From the IMG/VR virus record IMGVR_UViG_3300005095_000122, positions 1 through 62,732 of that record: a DNA stretch of 62,732 nt; one strand, 5' to 3'. Position numbers and translations under genes: made by a program. The notes beneath the pieces were generated by a model that had not been told where the DNA came from, ran no database searches, and saw nothing but the letters and a program-made list of their open reading frames with translations. Source of the DNA: a virus. Its lineage: Duplodnaviria > Caudoviricetes. This document shows, one piece after another, positions 1 through 9,459 of the stretch. Each line of letters begins with the position of its first letter. The stretch's first letter is position 1.

Positions 1-91
1 TGTAAAACGAAATCTGGTTTGGGTATGGGTGATTTCGCTCCAGCCAGGAGTGCCGTCAGAGCCGGTGTTGCGTCTCTATCCCATGCCCGAC
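1..91. repeat. Terminal direct repeat (assembly overlap of a circular contig), copy 1
   Basis: nt 1-91 are identical to 62642-62732, and an ORF reads through the junction in frame. Confidence 0.97.
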
Positions 92-802
92 AAGCTCCTT
101 TCGGATCTTTTATCTAATCGCAAAGATCCGGTGACAGGTCGTTTGCGTGATTTTCTTTCCCTAGATCGAGGAATGCCGGTTATTTTTGAAAAATCAGGAT
201 CAGGTCTTTCTACTCGATATACTTTCAAGGGGTTTGCCGAGCCCATTCCGGTGCCGCAGGAAGTGGTGGCGCAGTTGCGGCGTTTTAGAGACGTGTTGGT
301 GATACCGACTCAGGAAGAGCTAGCTGATTTGTTGGAGCAGCGTTTGCCGCAGATACTGGCGCAGGCTCAGCCGCAGGTCCAGTCCGGTTCTCAGCAGGCG
401 GCGGTACCGCCTACGGGACCGGCGACAGTGCCGCCTCAGCCCCAGGTAACCGTTCCGCCGACGGGTTCGACGACGGCTCAGCCGCAGGCTCCAGGACCGG
501 TATCGCCGACACCGATACAGGCCTCCGGGCCTCAGCCTACGCCCCAGCAGCCGGCGCAGGATATTCCGATAACTCCACCGATACAGGCTCCAAACCAAAC
601 CCAGGCCTCCGGGCCTCAGCCTACGCCCCAGCAGCCCATTCCCAATCCGACGCCCACTCCGGGGCCAGGCGCTAATCCAGTTCCGGGAGTAGCCGATATT
701 TTGGCTAATTTGCGGCAGCAGGCACAACAAACCCAGGCCTCCGGGCCTCAGCCTACGCCCCAGCAGCCCATTCCCAATCCGAACGGACAAGAAAATCAGT
801 AA
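2..802 (+). CDS. T4 gp32-like single-stranded DNA-binding protein, 3' part (gene starts at 62325 across the circular junction; 372 aa total)
   Basis: In frame with the ATG at 62325. The joined protein has IRIIPP...THY...LCPRSLDNSQTCPVCD (His/Cys Zn site of gp32-like SSBs), then a long Pro/Gln-rich tail. It lies upstream of UvsY- and RecA-like genes. Confidence 0.75.
   Translation, partial: VKRNLVWVWVISLQPGVPSEPVLRLYPMPDKLLSDLLSNRKDPVTGRLRDFLSLDRGMPVIFEKSGSGLSTRYTFKGFAEPIPVPQEVVAQLRRFRDVLVIPTQEELADLLEQRLPQILAQAQPQVQSGSQQAAVPPTGPATVPPQPQVTVPPTGSTTAQPQAPGPVSPTPIQASGPQPTPQQPAQDIPITPPIQAPNQTQASGPQPTPQQPIPNPTPTPGPGANPVPGVADILANLRQQAQQTQASGPQPTPQQPIPNPNGQENQ
518..782 (+). repeat. Intragenic direct repeats encoding QASGPQPTPQQP (x3)
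   Basis: 35-bp core at 518-552, also inside two identical 55-bp copies at 596-650 and 728-782. Confidence 0.92.
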
Positions 803-830
803 AAGGTGGGGCAAATTGCCCCACCTTTTA
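800..830. terminator. Intrinsic terminator, possibly bidirectional
   Basis: Perfect inverted repeat TAAAAGGTGGGGCAA-A-TTGCCCCACCTTTTA overlapping the SSB stop, with A4/T4 ends. Confidence 0.75.
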
Positions 831-845
831 TGTGGAGGTGATATG

Positions 846-1265
846 ATGGAACAACACACGCCGCAGCGAGATATGCGAGTAGATCGCCACCGCCTTGACG
901 ATTTCTTTGAACAACACCCAGCCGAGGTGGATGCGGTAGTAACAGCCTTGGCGGAGGCAAATATCGCCTATACGCGAGTAAAGGCCCAACTCCAGGAGCT
1001 GGAGGCTGAGTTACGTTTGCATTATCATCAACAGTTATCCCTCCAGGGCACCCGTCCGACCGAGAAGCTAATCGAGGCGCATATTCTTAAAGACCAGCGC
1101 TATAAGCAGTTTCAAGAACAACTTTTCCAGGCCCTAGAAACACTTGAGCGTCTCAAGGCCCTTGATAGGGTTTTGCGTGAGCGAGGTCGTTCAGCAGAGG
1201 AGCTATCAAAGCTCTTTCAGACAGGTTATTGGACACTATCTCAAACACCGCGGAGGGCAGTATGA
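846..1265 (+). CDS. UvsY-like recombination mediator protein
   Basis: About 140-aa helical protein with ...TEKLIEAHILKDQRY...LKALDRVLRERG pattern, between SSB and RecA-like genes. RBS GGAGGTG at 834-840. Confidence 0.6.
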   Translation: MEQHTPQRDMRVDRHRLDDFFEQHPAEVDAVVTALAEANIAYTRVKAQLQELEAELRLHYHQQLSLQGTRPTEKLIEAHILKDQRYKQFQEQLFQALETLERLKALDRVLRERGRSAEELSKLFQTGYWTLSQTPRRAV

Positions 1266-2335
1266 ACCAAAAGGAGTTTTTGCATACTAGTTCAACAATG
1301 CTAAACCTCGCGCTAACAGGTAAGGCGATGCAGGGTTATCCTCTTGGTGGCATCGTCAATTTGGTGGGCGATTCCGCTACCGGGAAAACTCTTCTAGCAA
1401 TGTCCGCAGCCGCTTTGGCACAGCAGTTCCCACCAACCCCATCGTTTCAGATCGCTTTTGATGTAGTCGAGCGCGGTATGAATGAAGAGTTTGCGCAGGT
1501 AATTGGTTTGGACACCCGAGCCCTTTGGCGGCCTAAACAAGACGAACCGTTTTTGGCCTCCGCGACAATTGAGGACTTCTATAACCATTTGGAAAAGTTT
1601 TTGAAATCCATCCCTCCGGGCAACGGGGGCCTTTACATTCTCGATTCTCTAGATGCCCTCACGTGTGGTGCCGAACTGGCACGAGGGCTTGGTGACGCGA
1701 CTTACGGAACCGAAAAGGCCCGGCTCTTATCCGAGTTTTTTCGTCGGATAATCGGCACCTTGGTGGACCGTCGCGTAACCCTTCTCATAATTTCTCAAGT
1801 GCGCGAGAACATCTCTGCCCGGTTTGGGGCTAAGTACAAGCGCGCTGGGGGCAAAGCCCTAGATTTTTACGCTGACCAGGTGATTTGGTTGGCGGTAAAG
1901 GAGAAGTACACTCAAAATGATCTACCGGTCGGATACCTAGTCTCCGCAAAAGTAACCAAGAACCGATACGCTCCGCCCTTTCGCCAAGTAACGATACCGA
2001 TTTATTTCCACCTTGGAGTTGATGATGTATCGTCCATTTTGTTTTATCTAGCCCAACGTAATGTACTCCAGAACGCCGGTGGTTGGTGGAAGCTTGAGGG
2101 GTTTGAAAAGTCCAAGCGCTTTGAGGAGTGGGTTTCTTACGGCAACACCCCGGACGGTTACCGTTATTTGGTGTCGTTAGCGCAGCGGGAGTGGGAGCGC
2201 GAGGCCGAGGAGATTCGTCAAGCGTTTTCAAACCGCCTTCCGGTGATGTCTCTAATCCAATCCTTGCAGTCACAGGCTGACGTTGGAAATGAACAGCAAG
2301 AAGACCAGCCGGTGCAGGGGGAGCAGGATGCCTAA
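1262..2335 (+). CDS. RecA/UvsX-like recombinase
   Basis: Walker A GDSATGKT, Walker B YILDSL, IISQVRE, GGKALDFYA, KNRYAPP. Likely ATG at 1262 (ORF track starts at 1229). Confidence 0.92.
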   Translation: MNQKEFLHTSSTMLNLALTGKAMQGYPLGGIVNLVGDSATGKTLLAMSAAALAQQFPPTPSFQIAFDVVERGMNEEFAQVIGLDTRALWRPKQDEPFLASATIEDFYNHLEKFLKSIPPGNGGLYILDSLDALTCGAELARGLGDATYGTEKARLLSEFFRRIIGTLVDRRVTLLIISQVRENISARFGAKYKRAGGKALDFYADQVIWLAVKEKYTQNDLPVGYLVSAKVTKNRYAPPFRQVTIPIYFHLGVDDVSSILFYLAQRNVLQNAGGWWKLEGFEKSKRFEEWVSYGNTPDGYRYLVSLAQREWEREAEEIRQAFSNRLPVMSLIQSLQSQADVGNEQQEDQPVQGEQDA

Positions 2336-3245
2336 TCTAGTAATAACCGGAGATTGGCACGTAACCGACCGCCCCAACCTTTGGGCGTTTTTGGAGAAAT
2401 TTACCGAGCGGCACCAAAAAGACGTGGTGATAATTGCAGGAGACCTGTTTGATCTTCGGCATCGCACTCCGTTGCGGGTTGTAGATCGTTTAATAAGTTA
2501 CCTTTTGAGGTTGGAGTCGGTGTGTTTGATTCCCGGACAACATGATTTGGATAACAAGGGAGAGTTTATCATCCCGGAAATATTTTTCTTAGCAAATGTG
2601 TATTTGGTGACCAAGCCCTATTCCCTAACTTTTGCAGGAACCACGTTTGAACTGATACCCTATTCACGGGATGTGGAGAGGTTGCGCGGATGGTTGCAAC
2701 AAACTGCGGCCCCGGTAGTAGTTTCGCATTTTCCTTTAGCCGAGTGCCTTCCACAGGGAAAGGCTCCATTGTCAGTGCAGGATCTTCCACCAAAGGTGTA
2801 TTTTTTGGGAGATATCCATAACGGTTTGGATTATCAACACAGCGGCACTTTGGTGCGTTACACCGGGCAGCCGGCTCCCCGCGATTGGCGTGATCGCTAT
2901 GCGCGGCAGTCTTATTTAGTAATCACGCCGGAAGGTGACGTGTCCAGGGTAGATTCTCCAGTCAAAACCTTGTTTGTTAGGGAGTTACCACCAACAACCG
3001 AACCGAACACCTTTTATTTTGTGGAGTCGGCGGACCCAGAGCAAGTGCCGAAGGACGAGCACGTGTTGGGTGTCAGACTAATTCCTCCGAGTGCCGAAGA
3101 CGCCACCACGTCCATCGCGGTGAAAACGGTGGATCAAGTGGTGCAGGATTGGGTAAACACGCACCGAACCAATCCGTCTTTTGAACGTTGGCAAGAACAA
3201 ATTTTAGCGGGGTTGACAGATGTATTTGACCAAGTTGGATCTTAA
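2328..3245 (+). CDS. SbcD/Mre11/gp47-like metallophosphoesterase nuclease subunit
   Basis: Motifs GDWH, GDLFD, GQHD, SH, GDIH; adjacent to the SbcC-like gene. Confidence 0.85.
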   Translation: MPNLVITGDWHVTDRPNLWAFLEKFTERHQKDVVIIAGDLFDLRHRTPLRVVDRLISYLLRLESVCLIPGQHDLDNKGEFIIPEIFFLANVYLVTKPYSLTFAGTTFELIPYSRDVERLRGWLQQTAAPVVVSHFPLAECLPQGKAPLSVQDLPPKVYFLGDIHNGLDYQHSGTLVRYTGQPAPRDWRDRYARQSYLVITPEGDVSRVDSPVKTLFVRELPPTTEPNTFYFVESADPEQVPKDEHVLGVRLIPPSAEDATTSIAVKTVDQVVQDWVNTHRTNPSFERWQEQILAGLTDVFDQVGS

Positions 3246-4923
3246 AGATTTTATAATTTTTAAAAACCAGTCTTTAGATCTGCCAAACCAGTCCCAGGTG
3301 ATTTTGGTACGAGGTGCTAGGGAATCCGACCCCGAGAGCAATAACGGAGTTGGAAAATCACTCCTTTTGGAGTCGATTTGGTTCGTTTTGTTTGGGGACT
3401 TCCTCCGGGGCACCCAGCCTCGGACTTATGACCTAGGTGTTCAAATAGGTTCTTTGTATTTAGGGCGAGTAAAGCGGCGTCAGGAGTCGTTTGCTTTGTT
3501 AGGTGAGCAGCGATTAACACAACCAGATTTGACAGAGCAGGTAGTACAAAAGTTTTTTAAAACCCGGTCCCAGGCCCAAGCCAAGCTTTTGGCAGCGTCG
3601 ATGTTTTATTATGGACGACGTTTTGAGCTTTGGTTTGAGCAGCGACCTTCTAACCAGACCGAATTTTTGCAACAGGTTTTTGGTTATGAACGAATAGCGC
3701 ATTTGCAAAACAACTTGCAAACTACTTTGTTAACAATCCAAGCAAAGCAGCAGCAAGAGGAAGTCGAGAAAGCCCGTTTGGAGGGCCAAAAGCAGCAATT
3801 GGAATCACTAATTCAGAAGTTTAGGGGAGAGTATCAGCAGCGAAAAACAGAACTTTTGTCGCAGTTACAACAATGGCAGCAGGTGGCAGAGCTTTTGGTG
3901 AAGCAAAAACAGTCTTTGGCGGAACAGTTGTTGGCAAAAGAGACTAAAAAAGCCGAGCTAGAGGCCGAATTGGGGCGGTTTCAACAAGAGCTGGCAGTTA
4001 TGGCAGGGTATGAGACCCAGGTAAAGAGCCAGTTGCAGGAATTGGAGCAGTTGTTATCGCAGGGGATTTGTCCGATTTGTCGAAGGTCGATGGACCATTC
4101 GGCACACGACCCACGCCATGATTTGAAAACCAATTTGGTGCAGGTTCAAGAGGCTAGAAGTAGATTGGAAAAACAACAAGCAGCGGTCCACCAGGAGTGG
4201 AGCAGGGTGCAGGGAGAGTACCAATCTTTGCGACATAAATATTTATCAACCGAGAAGGAATATCTTGAAGCAGCATCGATGTTGAAATCGATACAAGAAC
4301 GTTTGCAGGAGTTAGAAAGTGCTCAGGTGGGAATTACAGAAAAAGAGCGTGAGTTGTCGGAAGTGGAAGAGTTGTTGACGAGGAAATACGCATATCTTAG
4401 CCAATTGAGTTTAGATTATCAGTTTATACAGGAAGCGAAGCGTGATTTGGAGCGACGTGCCAAAGAAGCTTTGGCCGCGTTCGTTTCGTCAATCGTGGAG
4501 CGGGCAAATGTAATTTTGGCTTTGTCGCCTTTAGGGATAAGGGTAGGTGTGAAAGTGAAGGCCACTAAGGCCCGGTCAGAGATCCAGCTCCAAATACTTC
4601 GAGGCAGTAAGTCGGTTTCCGCAAACGCTCTTTCTGACGGAGAGCGCCAAACATTCCGTTTAGCTCTTTGGTTTGCTACCGCAGACGTACTTGCTCACGT
4701 GTTGCAGATACCGTTTCGGTTTTCCGTGTTGGATGAGCCGCTAACTGGACTAGATGCGATTAATCGGGAGCTAGTTTTTCAATTACTCCAGTCGCGAGCT
4801 GCGCAAGGCTACCAGCTATTTGTGGTAGATCATGATGCGGTCTTCCAGGAGCGCTTTGATAGTGTGATAACGGTAGTCGAGAAACGAGACGGAACGCGGG
4901 AGGTAGAAGTAAATGTTGGCTAA
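3220..4923 (+). CDS. SbcC/Rad50/gp46-like ABC ATPase
   Basis: Walker A NGVGKS, long coiled coil with central zinc hook CPIC, signature LSDGE, Walker B VLDEP, H-loop VDHD. Confidence 0.9.
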   Translation: MYLTKLDLKDFIIFKNQSLDLPNQSQVILVRGARESDPESNNGVGKSLLLESIWFVLFGDFLRGTQPRTYDLGVQIGSLYLGRVKRRQESFALLGEQRLTQPDLTEQVVQKFFKTRSQAQAKLLAASMFYYGRRFELWFEQRPSNQTEFLQQVFGYERIAHLQNNLQTTLLTIQAKQQQEEVEKARLEGQKQQLESLIQKFRGEYQQRKTELLSQLQQWQQVAELLVKQKQSLAEQLLAKETKKAELEAELGRFQQELAVMAGYETQVKSQLQELEQLLSQGICPICRRSMDHSAHDPRHDLKTNLVQVQEARSRLEKQQAAVHQEWSRVQGEYQSLRHKYLSTEKEYLEAASMLKSIQERLQELESAQVGITEKERELSEVEELLTRKYAYLSQLSLDYQFIQEAKRDLERRAKEALAAFVSSIVERANVILALSPLGIRVGVKVKATKARSEIQLQILRGSKSVSANALSDGERQTFRLALWFATADVLAHVLQIPFRFSVLDEPLTGLDAINRELVFQLLQSRAAQGYQLFVVDHDAVFQERFDSVITVVEKRDGTREVEVNVG

Positions 4924-5830
4924 TGAGTTTCGACCCAAGACCCTTAAAGAATTGGTGGGACAGTCAAAGATCAAGTCGATAGTAGCCAAGTTATTGAAGA
5001 AACCCCCACACGCATGGCTTTTTGCGGGGCCTCCGGGTACAGGAAAAACAACCTTGGCTCGGATTGTGGCCAATTCCATAGGTGGGAAAATAATTGAAAT
5101 AAATGCGGCTCAGTCAAAGGAATATGACCAGGTAAAGAGTTTATTAGAAAGCATTAAGTATAAACCACCGGGTGTAAAGAAGTTGGTAGTGATTTTGGAC
5201 GAGGCGCATGAATTAAATGCTTCGGCGCGAAATGCTCTTTTGAAACCAGTCGAGGAGCCTCCATCTTGGCTTTATTGGATTTTTTGCACAACCGAGCCAC
5301 AGTTGTTGGCGACGCCTCTTCGCTCGCGTTGTATCGAACTAACTCTTCAGCTATTGTCTGCGACGGAGTTGGTGCAAGTGTTGAAACGCATTGTAAGGGT
5401 GAAGCGGATTCCGCACGTCCAGGAATCTCTAAACCATATAGCAGAGGCAGCCGGAGGGGTAGCGAGGCGAGCCATAACCCTTTTGGAGTCTCTGCAAGAA
5501 CTTTTGGGGGAGCCCGACGAGGTAAAGGCATATTTGGAAAATTACACCCCCACCACACAAGCCCTTTCGATCCTCCAAGACCACTTCACTCGGACTGAGG
5601 GGGCGGTGCCGTTTCTCAAACACCGTCCCGTGACCGATTGGAAGGCACTAGAGCAGGAGTTAAAGTCTCAGTTGGTGGATTATTTTGTAGATCCGACCAA
5701 CAAACGTTGGGAGAAAGTACAGTATTCGACTCGGGCGTTCTATTTATTGCATTATTTGGTTTCCTTACCGGAGCAAGATTCGCGAGCGAAAATAATCTAT
5801 GCACTAACAGCTTCTTTATCGGTTAGGTAG
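4913..5830 (+). CDS. Clamp-loader AAA+ subunit (DnaX gamma/tau or RFC-like)
   Basis: N-terminal FRPKTLKELVGQ, Walker A GPPGTGKT, Walker B LDEAH, ALLKPVEEPP, arginine finger LRSRC. Confidence 0.9.
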   Translation: MLANEFRPKTLKELVGQSKIKSIVAKLLKKPPHAWLFAGPPGTGKTTLARIVANSIGGKIIEINAAQSKEYDQVKSLLESIKYKPPGVKKLVVILDEAHELNASARNALLKPVEEPPSWLYWIFCTTEPQLLATPLRSRCIELTLQLLSATELVQVLKRIVRVKRIPHVQESLNHIAEAAGGVARRAITLLESLQELLGEPDEVKAYLENYTPTTQALSILQDHFTRTEGAVPFLKHRPVTDWKALEQELKSQLVDYFVDPTNKRWEKVQYSTRAFYLLHYLVSLPEQDSRAKIIYALTASLSVR

Positions 5831-5841
5831 GGGAGGGATTA

Positions 5842-6093
5842 ATGACTTTGGCGGAATTTTTTAAAAAGCGTAACTTACCAATAAAGGATTTAGAGATCTG
5901 GCCGGAAGCGACTAACGTAGTGGTGGGCTTTGATCCACAGAAAAAATCAGTAGTGTTTTTGTTTGACCCCCAAAGTGATGGTCATTGGAAGGTGTTGGAG
6001 TTAAACGAAAGGAAGTTTAAGAAGTTGGTGAATGGTTTAGAGCAGGTACGTGCTAGGCTAGGAGCGGGGGAATGGACAGAGCGTATGTGCTAA
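5842..6093 (+). CDS. Hypothetical protein
   Basis: 83-aa ORF with a strong RBS, packed in the operon. Confidence 0.6.
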   Translation: MTLAEFFKKRNLPIKDLEIWPEATNVVVGFDPQKKSVVFLFDPQSDGHWKVLELNERKFKKLVNGLEQVRARLGAGEWTERMC

Positions 6094-6965
6094 TTGACGG
6101 GAACTCGATTGGGTATCAAGCTTGGTTGGCCCTTCAAGGGAAACATACCTGTGAAACACCAGAACAGCTAGCCGGTCTTTGGCAAAAACTTTTTTGGAGT
6201 CGCTTGATAAGTGCCTTTGATTATTTGCCCAAGGTTTCTTGCTATGAACCGATAATTTGTTGGGACGGTCCCGCTTCGGTACGTAAGCGGAGCTCGCGTA
6301 CATATAAGGCCAACCGGAAGCGAAAAGAGGTAGAAGAGTTACTGACCTATGGGGAAGCAGTGCGCATCTTCCAACACATGGCTAAAGCATTAGGCTTAGT
6401 GCAGTTTGTGCAGCAGGTTCCGGGGTTGGAGGCCGATGATTTAATAGCGGCTTTTGCGTCATTACAAGAGAGTCCGGTGGTGATTGTATCGGCGGACAAG
6501 GATTTTTTTCAACTGCTTTCCGAAAGGGTGACCCAGGTGCGGCCGCTACGCCAGGGAATTTCTTTTTGGGATGCGGCTAGGGTAGTTTCTGAGTACGGAC
6601 TCCAACCCCAGCATTTTAGTTTGTTTTTAGCAATAGTAGGAGATTCGACAGATGGTGTTCCTGGGGTTCCGGGGATAGGCCCCAAACGGTTTTCCAAACT
6701 GTTGGCCGAGCTCGGACCAGAAAAGTTGAAAAAGCATTTTGAACAAGAGCCTTCCTTTCAAGAGTCTCTAAAGCAGGTACGCCTCCCGGCAGATTGGGTG
6801 TGGGAACAAATCGGCCGCGATCCCAAAGAGTGGGTAAAAACAGTTTTGCGGAGTCTTCGTAGCGATTGGGTAGATCAACTAGCTCAGTTGTTTAGAGGAT
6901 ACCAAATTCGGCAAGTTTCATTAGCTCCTTTTGAAGAGGTTTCTTGTCGTGACCGTACTGATTAA
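6072..6965 (+). CDS. 5'-3' exonuclease / flap endonuclease (PolI N-terminal, T4 RNase H-like)
   Basis: IDGNS, YKANR, LEADD, SADKDFFQL, GDSTDGVPGVPGIGPK (H3TH motif). Confidence 0.93.
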   Translation: MDRAYVLIDGNSIGYQAWLALQGKHTCETPEQLAGLWQKLFWSRLISAFDYLPKVSCYEPIICWDGPASVRKRSSRTYKANRKRKEVEELLTYGEAVRIFQHMAKALGLVQFVQQVPGLEADDLIAAFASLQESPVVIVSADKDFFQLLSERVTQVRPLRQGISFWDAARVVSEYGLQPQHFSLFLAIVGDSTDGVPGVPGIGPKRFSKLLAELGPEKLKKHFEQEPSFQESLKQVRLPADWVWEQIGRDPKEWVKTVLRSLRSDWVDQLAQLFRGYQIRQVSLAPFEEVSCRDRTD

Positions 6966-7764
6966 GCCTTATCCGGCAGAGGCGACAAGCAAAGCCGAGT
7001 TTGCTAAGTTAATAGCAACTTATTTTGATGGTTTAGATAGGCAGACCGTCAAAGATCGTCTTAGAACAACTATCCGTAATGTGGAGCGTTCGTCAATAAC
7101 CTTTACACAGGCTTTTGAACGTTTCCGCGTAGAAGATCCAGCTTATAGTTATTTGTCAGAGTATCCCCGGGAGGCGATAAAGCGGTTTACGTCTTGGGTG
7201 CGGGATTATCGAGCAATAGATCCCTATGACGTGAATCTTTATTATGTGCATCTTTGGTCATTTACCCAGGTTTTCGGGGACGAAGTACATCGGCGCATAA
7301 AACCCTCAGCTCATTACAAGTGGCGGGGTTTTGAGTGGTTTCACTTTTTTGGACATACGGTATTTGGTTTGTCATGGACCCAGGCTTTTTCAAAGTTTTT
7401 TGAGGCAATTTACCGAGCAATTGCGCAGACGACAGTTCGTTTTTTAGAGGAATATGAGAGAAATATAGGCGCAGGGATGTCCTATCTTTTGGGACCTGAT
7501 ATGTTGCACCATGATTTATTTAAGAGGGCGTTAGCAATAGAGATTCAAGAATATGGGTCCCCAGTCCAGTATTTGCGTTATTGTGCGGGGTTGTTGGATA
7601 GAGAGATGCAGTCTTTTTCGCAGCGCGCAGTGAGTGTGGCACGGCTTCGACAAATGCTTTTGGCACAAGGGCGTTTGGATCTGGCAGATAACGTTGGGAA
7701 ATTGGCGGCAAAGGGAGACTACGCGGCGATTGAGGAGCTACTGAAAGCGGAGGGATTATGTTAG
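6931..7764 (+). CDS. Hypothetical protein in the replication operon
   Basis: 277-aa ORF overlapping both neighbours; no recognisable motif. Confidence 0.6.
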   Translation: MKRFLVVTVLIKPYPAEATSKAEFAKLIATYFDGLDRQTVKDRLRTTIRNVERSSITFTQAFERFRVEDPAYSYLSEYPREAIKRFTSWVRDYRAIDPYDVNLYYVHLWSFTQVFGDEVHRRIKPSAHYKWRGFEWFHFFGHTVFGLSWTQAFSKFFEAIYRAIAQTTVRFLEEYERNIGAGMSYLLGPDMLHHDLFKRALAIEIQEYGSPVQYLRYCAGLLDREMQSFSQRAVSVARLRQMLLAQGRLDLADNVGKLAAKGDYAAIEELLKAEGLC

Positions 7765-9125
7765 ACCCAGCGCATTTGCAAGCGGCAGATTTGGAGTTGC
7801 ATCTTTTTAAGGCCCTTTTTACCTATCCAGACATAGGGCAGCAGGCTCCACGCATTCCCCAGGAAGTTTTTCATTCCCCGCAGGTACAGCAGCTTTTTAG
7901 GTTGTTTTGTCGGTACGTACAGGATTTTCAGGAAGTGCCGTCAATAACAGAGTTTAGAGCGTTTTTGGAAACGCAGTCGGAGTGGCGCAATATTCAGGAG
8001 ATTGCAACAAAAATCCTCCAAACTTTGTCGAATTTAAATCCGCCGGCCCATGACTGGATCATCACCGAGTTCGATCGCTTGATAAAGCAGCAGCTTTATA
8101 CAGGGTTAATAGCAGAGTACCATTCGTATATAGCTCGAGGCCGCCTACGCGATTTTGAGCAGCAGATGCTCAAAATCGCTTATGGAACGCCTTTTCAGCT
8201 CCAATCTTTTGACAATGTGTTCTCCGCCGAACAACCGTCTTTCTTACAGCAGGCGGATATAGAGTTTAATTTTCCAACTCGCATTTATGCGCTTGATGAC
8301 GACATCAAGGGGTTTTTCCGCAAGGAGCTGGTCGTCATTTTGGCATTTCTAAACGTGGGCAAGTCTTGGTTCTGCGTACACACAGCCCAGTCAGCTCTTT
8401 TGGAGCAAAAGAAAGTTCTTTGGTTAACGCTGGAGATGTCCCGGTCGAAAGTATTACGGCGGCTTTTTCAGGCTTTTACGGGTTTGGTTGATGATCCTAC
8501 GGGCGAGCAGTTGGTAGAAATGGAGTTTTCCACGCCAGATGGAAACTCTTATATAAATCTAATACCTACGCTAAGCCATGCTGAGCAGGTACAGCGAGAC
8601 TATGAAATAATCAAACAGTTGATTGGAAGCGCTGTATTGGTGGTACGAGAGTTCCCTTCTTTGTCAATAACAGCAGAAGCCATTCGCGGAGAGATTCTCC
8701 GGTTTCAGGGTCTTTATCAGACACCGCCGGATTTGTTGATCGTAGATGCGTTGACGGATGTAAAGGCCCCTCGCGATCGAGACCGAGCTAATTATGGTCA
8801 AGTAGCTCGAATTTTGCGGGCTTATGCACAAGAGTTTGATATGACGGTTTTAGCAACGCACCAAGCGAATAGGGCAGCGTTGCGCGCGGATTTGATTGAT
8901 GCGTCTCATACCGGGGAGGATATTCGCATAATGCAGGTTGCGGATACGGGGATCTCATTAAATCAATCGCGGCTAGAGCGGAGACAAAACCAAATGCGTT
9001 TGTATTTGATGAGGGCGCGGAACGCGAAGAAGGACGAGATTTATCGCATTTACCAAAACTTTGCGACAGGGCAGTTTTGTTTACATTCGGAAAAGTATGT
9101 AGAAGAGGGGACAGAAAATGGGTAA
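7758..9125 (+). CDS. Replicative DNA helicase (DnaB / T4 gp41-like)
   Basis: Walker A AFLNVGKS (gp41-like NVGKS), LTLEMS, LLIVD, ATHQANR, GEDIRIMQVAD. Confidence 0.88.
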   Translation: MLDPAHLQAADLELHLFKALFTYPDIGQQAPRIPQEVFHSPQVQQLFRLFCRYVQDFQEVPSITEFRAFLETQSEWRNIQEIATKILQTLSNLNPPAHDWIITEFDRLIKQQLYTGLIAEYHSYIARGRLRDFEQQMLKIAYGTPFQLQSFDNVFSAEQPSFLQQADIEFNFPTRIYALDDDIKGFFRKELVVILAFLNVGKSWFCVHTAQSALLEQKKVLWLTLEMSRSKVLRRLFQAFTGLVDDPTGEQLVEMEFSTPDGNSYINLIPTLSHAEQVQRDYEIIKQLIGSAVLVVREFPSLSITAEAIRGEILRFQGLYQTPPDLLIVDALTDVKAPRDRDRANYGQVARILRAYAQEFDMTVLATHQANRAALRADLIDASHTGEDIRIMQVADTGISLNQSRLERRQNQMRLYLMRARNAKKDEIYRIYQNFATGQFCLHSEKYVEEGTENG

Positions 9126-9459
9126 GAAGTCTTTAGTGAAGGGAAAGCGGATTGAGTACGAAGTACGGGATGTATTGCGTGAGATTTTGGCACCAACAAA
9201 AGCAAACGTTTTTCGCATAGCGGCATCGGGGGCCGCAGAGGGAGACACCGGTGATTTGAAGGTCGAGTTCTCTTCAAAGACGTTGTTTTTTGAGGTGAAG
9301 GGGCGCAAAAGCCCGTTCAAGCAGATACAGGAATGGTTATCCCAGACAGGGTGCTTGGCGTTTAGGGCAGACCGGCAAAAACCAATTTTCATTTTCACCC
9401 CGGAGGCCCTACGGGAGTTAGTCGAGGCAATTCTCCATGAAGGCAAAAGAGGCACTTGA
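9118..9459 (+). CDS. Hjc-type (PD-(D/E)xK) Holliday junction resolvase
   Basis: KG.R.E.EVR N-terminus, R..ASGA, GDL, FEVK. Confidence 0.75.
   Translation: MGKKSLVKGKRIEYEVRDVLREILAPTKANVFRIAASGAAEGDTGDLKVEFSSKTLFFEVKGRKSPFKQIQEWLSQTGCLAFRADRQKPIFIFTPEALRELVEAILHEGKRGT

Noticed and set aside
1-91. Terminal repeat as a biological direct terminal repeat of the virion DNA
   Set aside because: It falls mid-gene and looks like an assembler overlap; real termini cannot be inferred from it.
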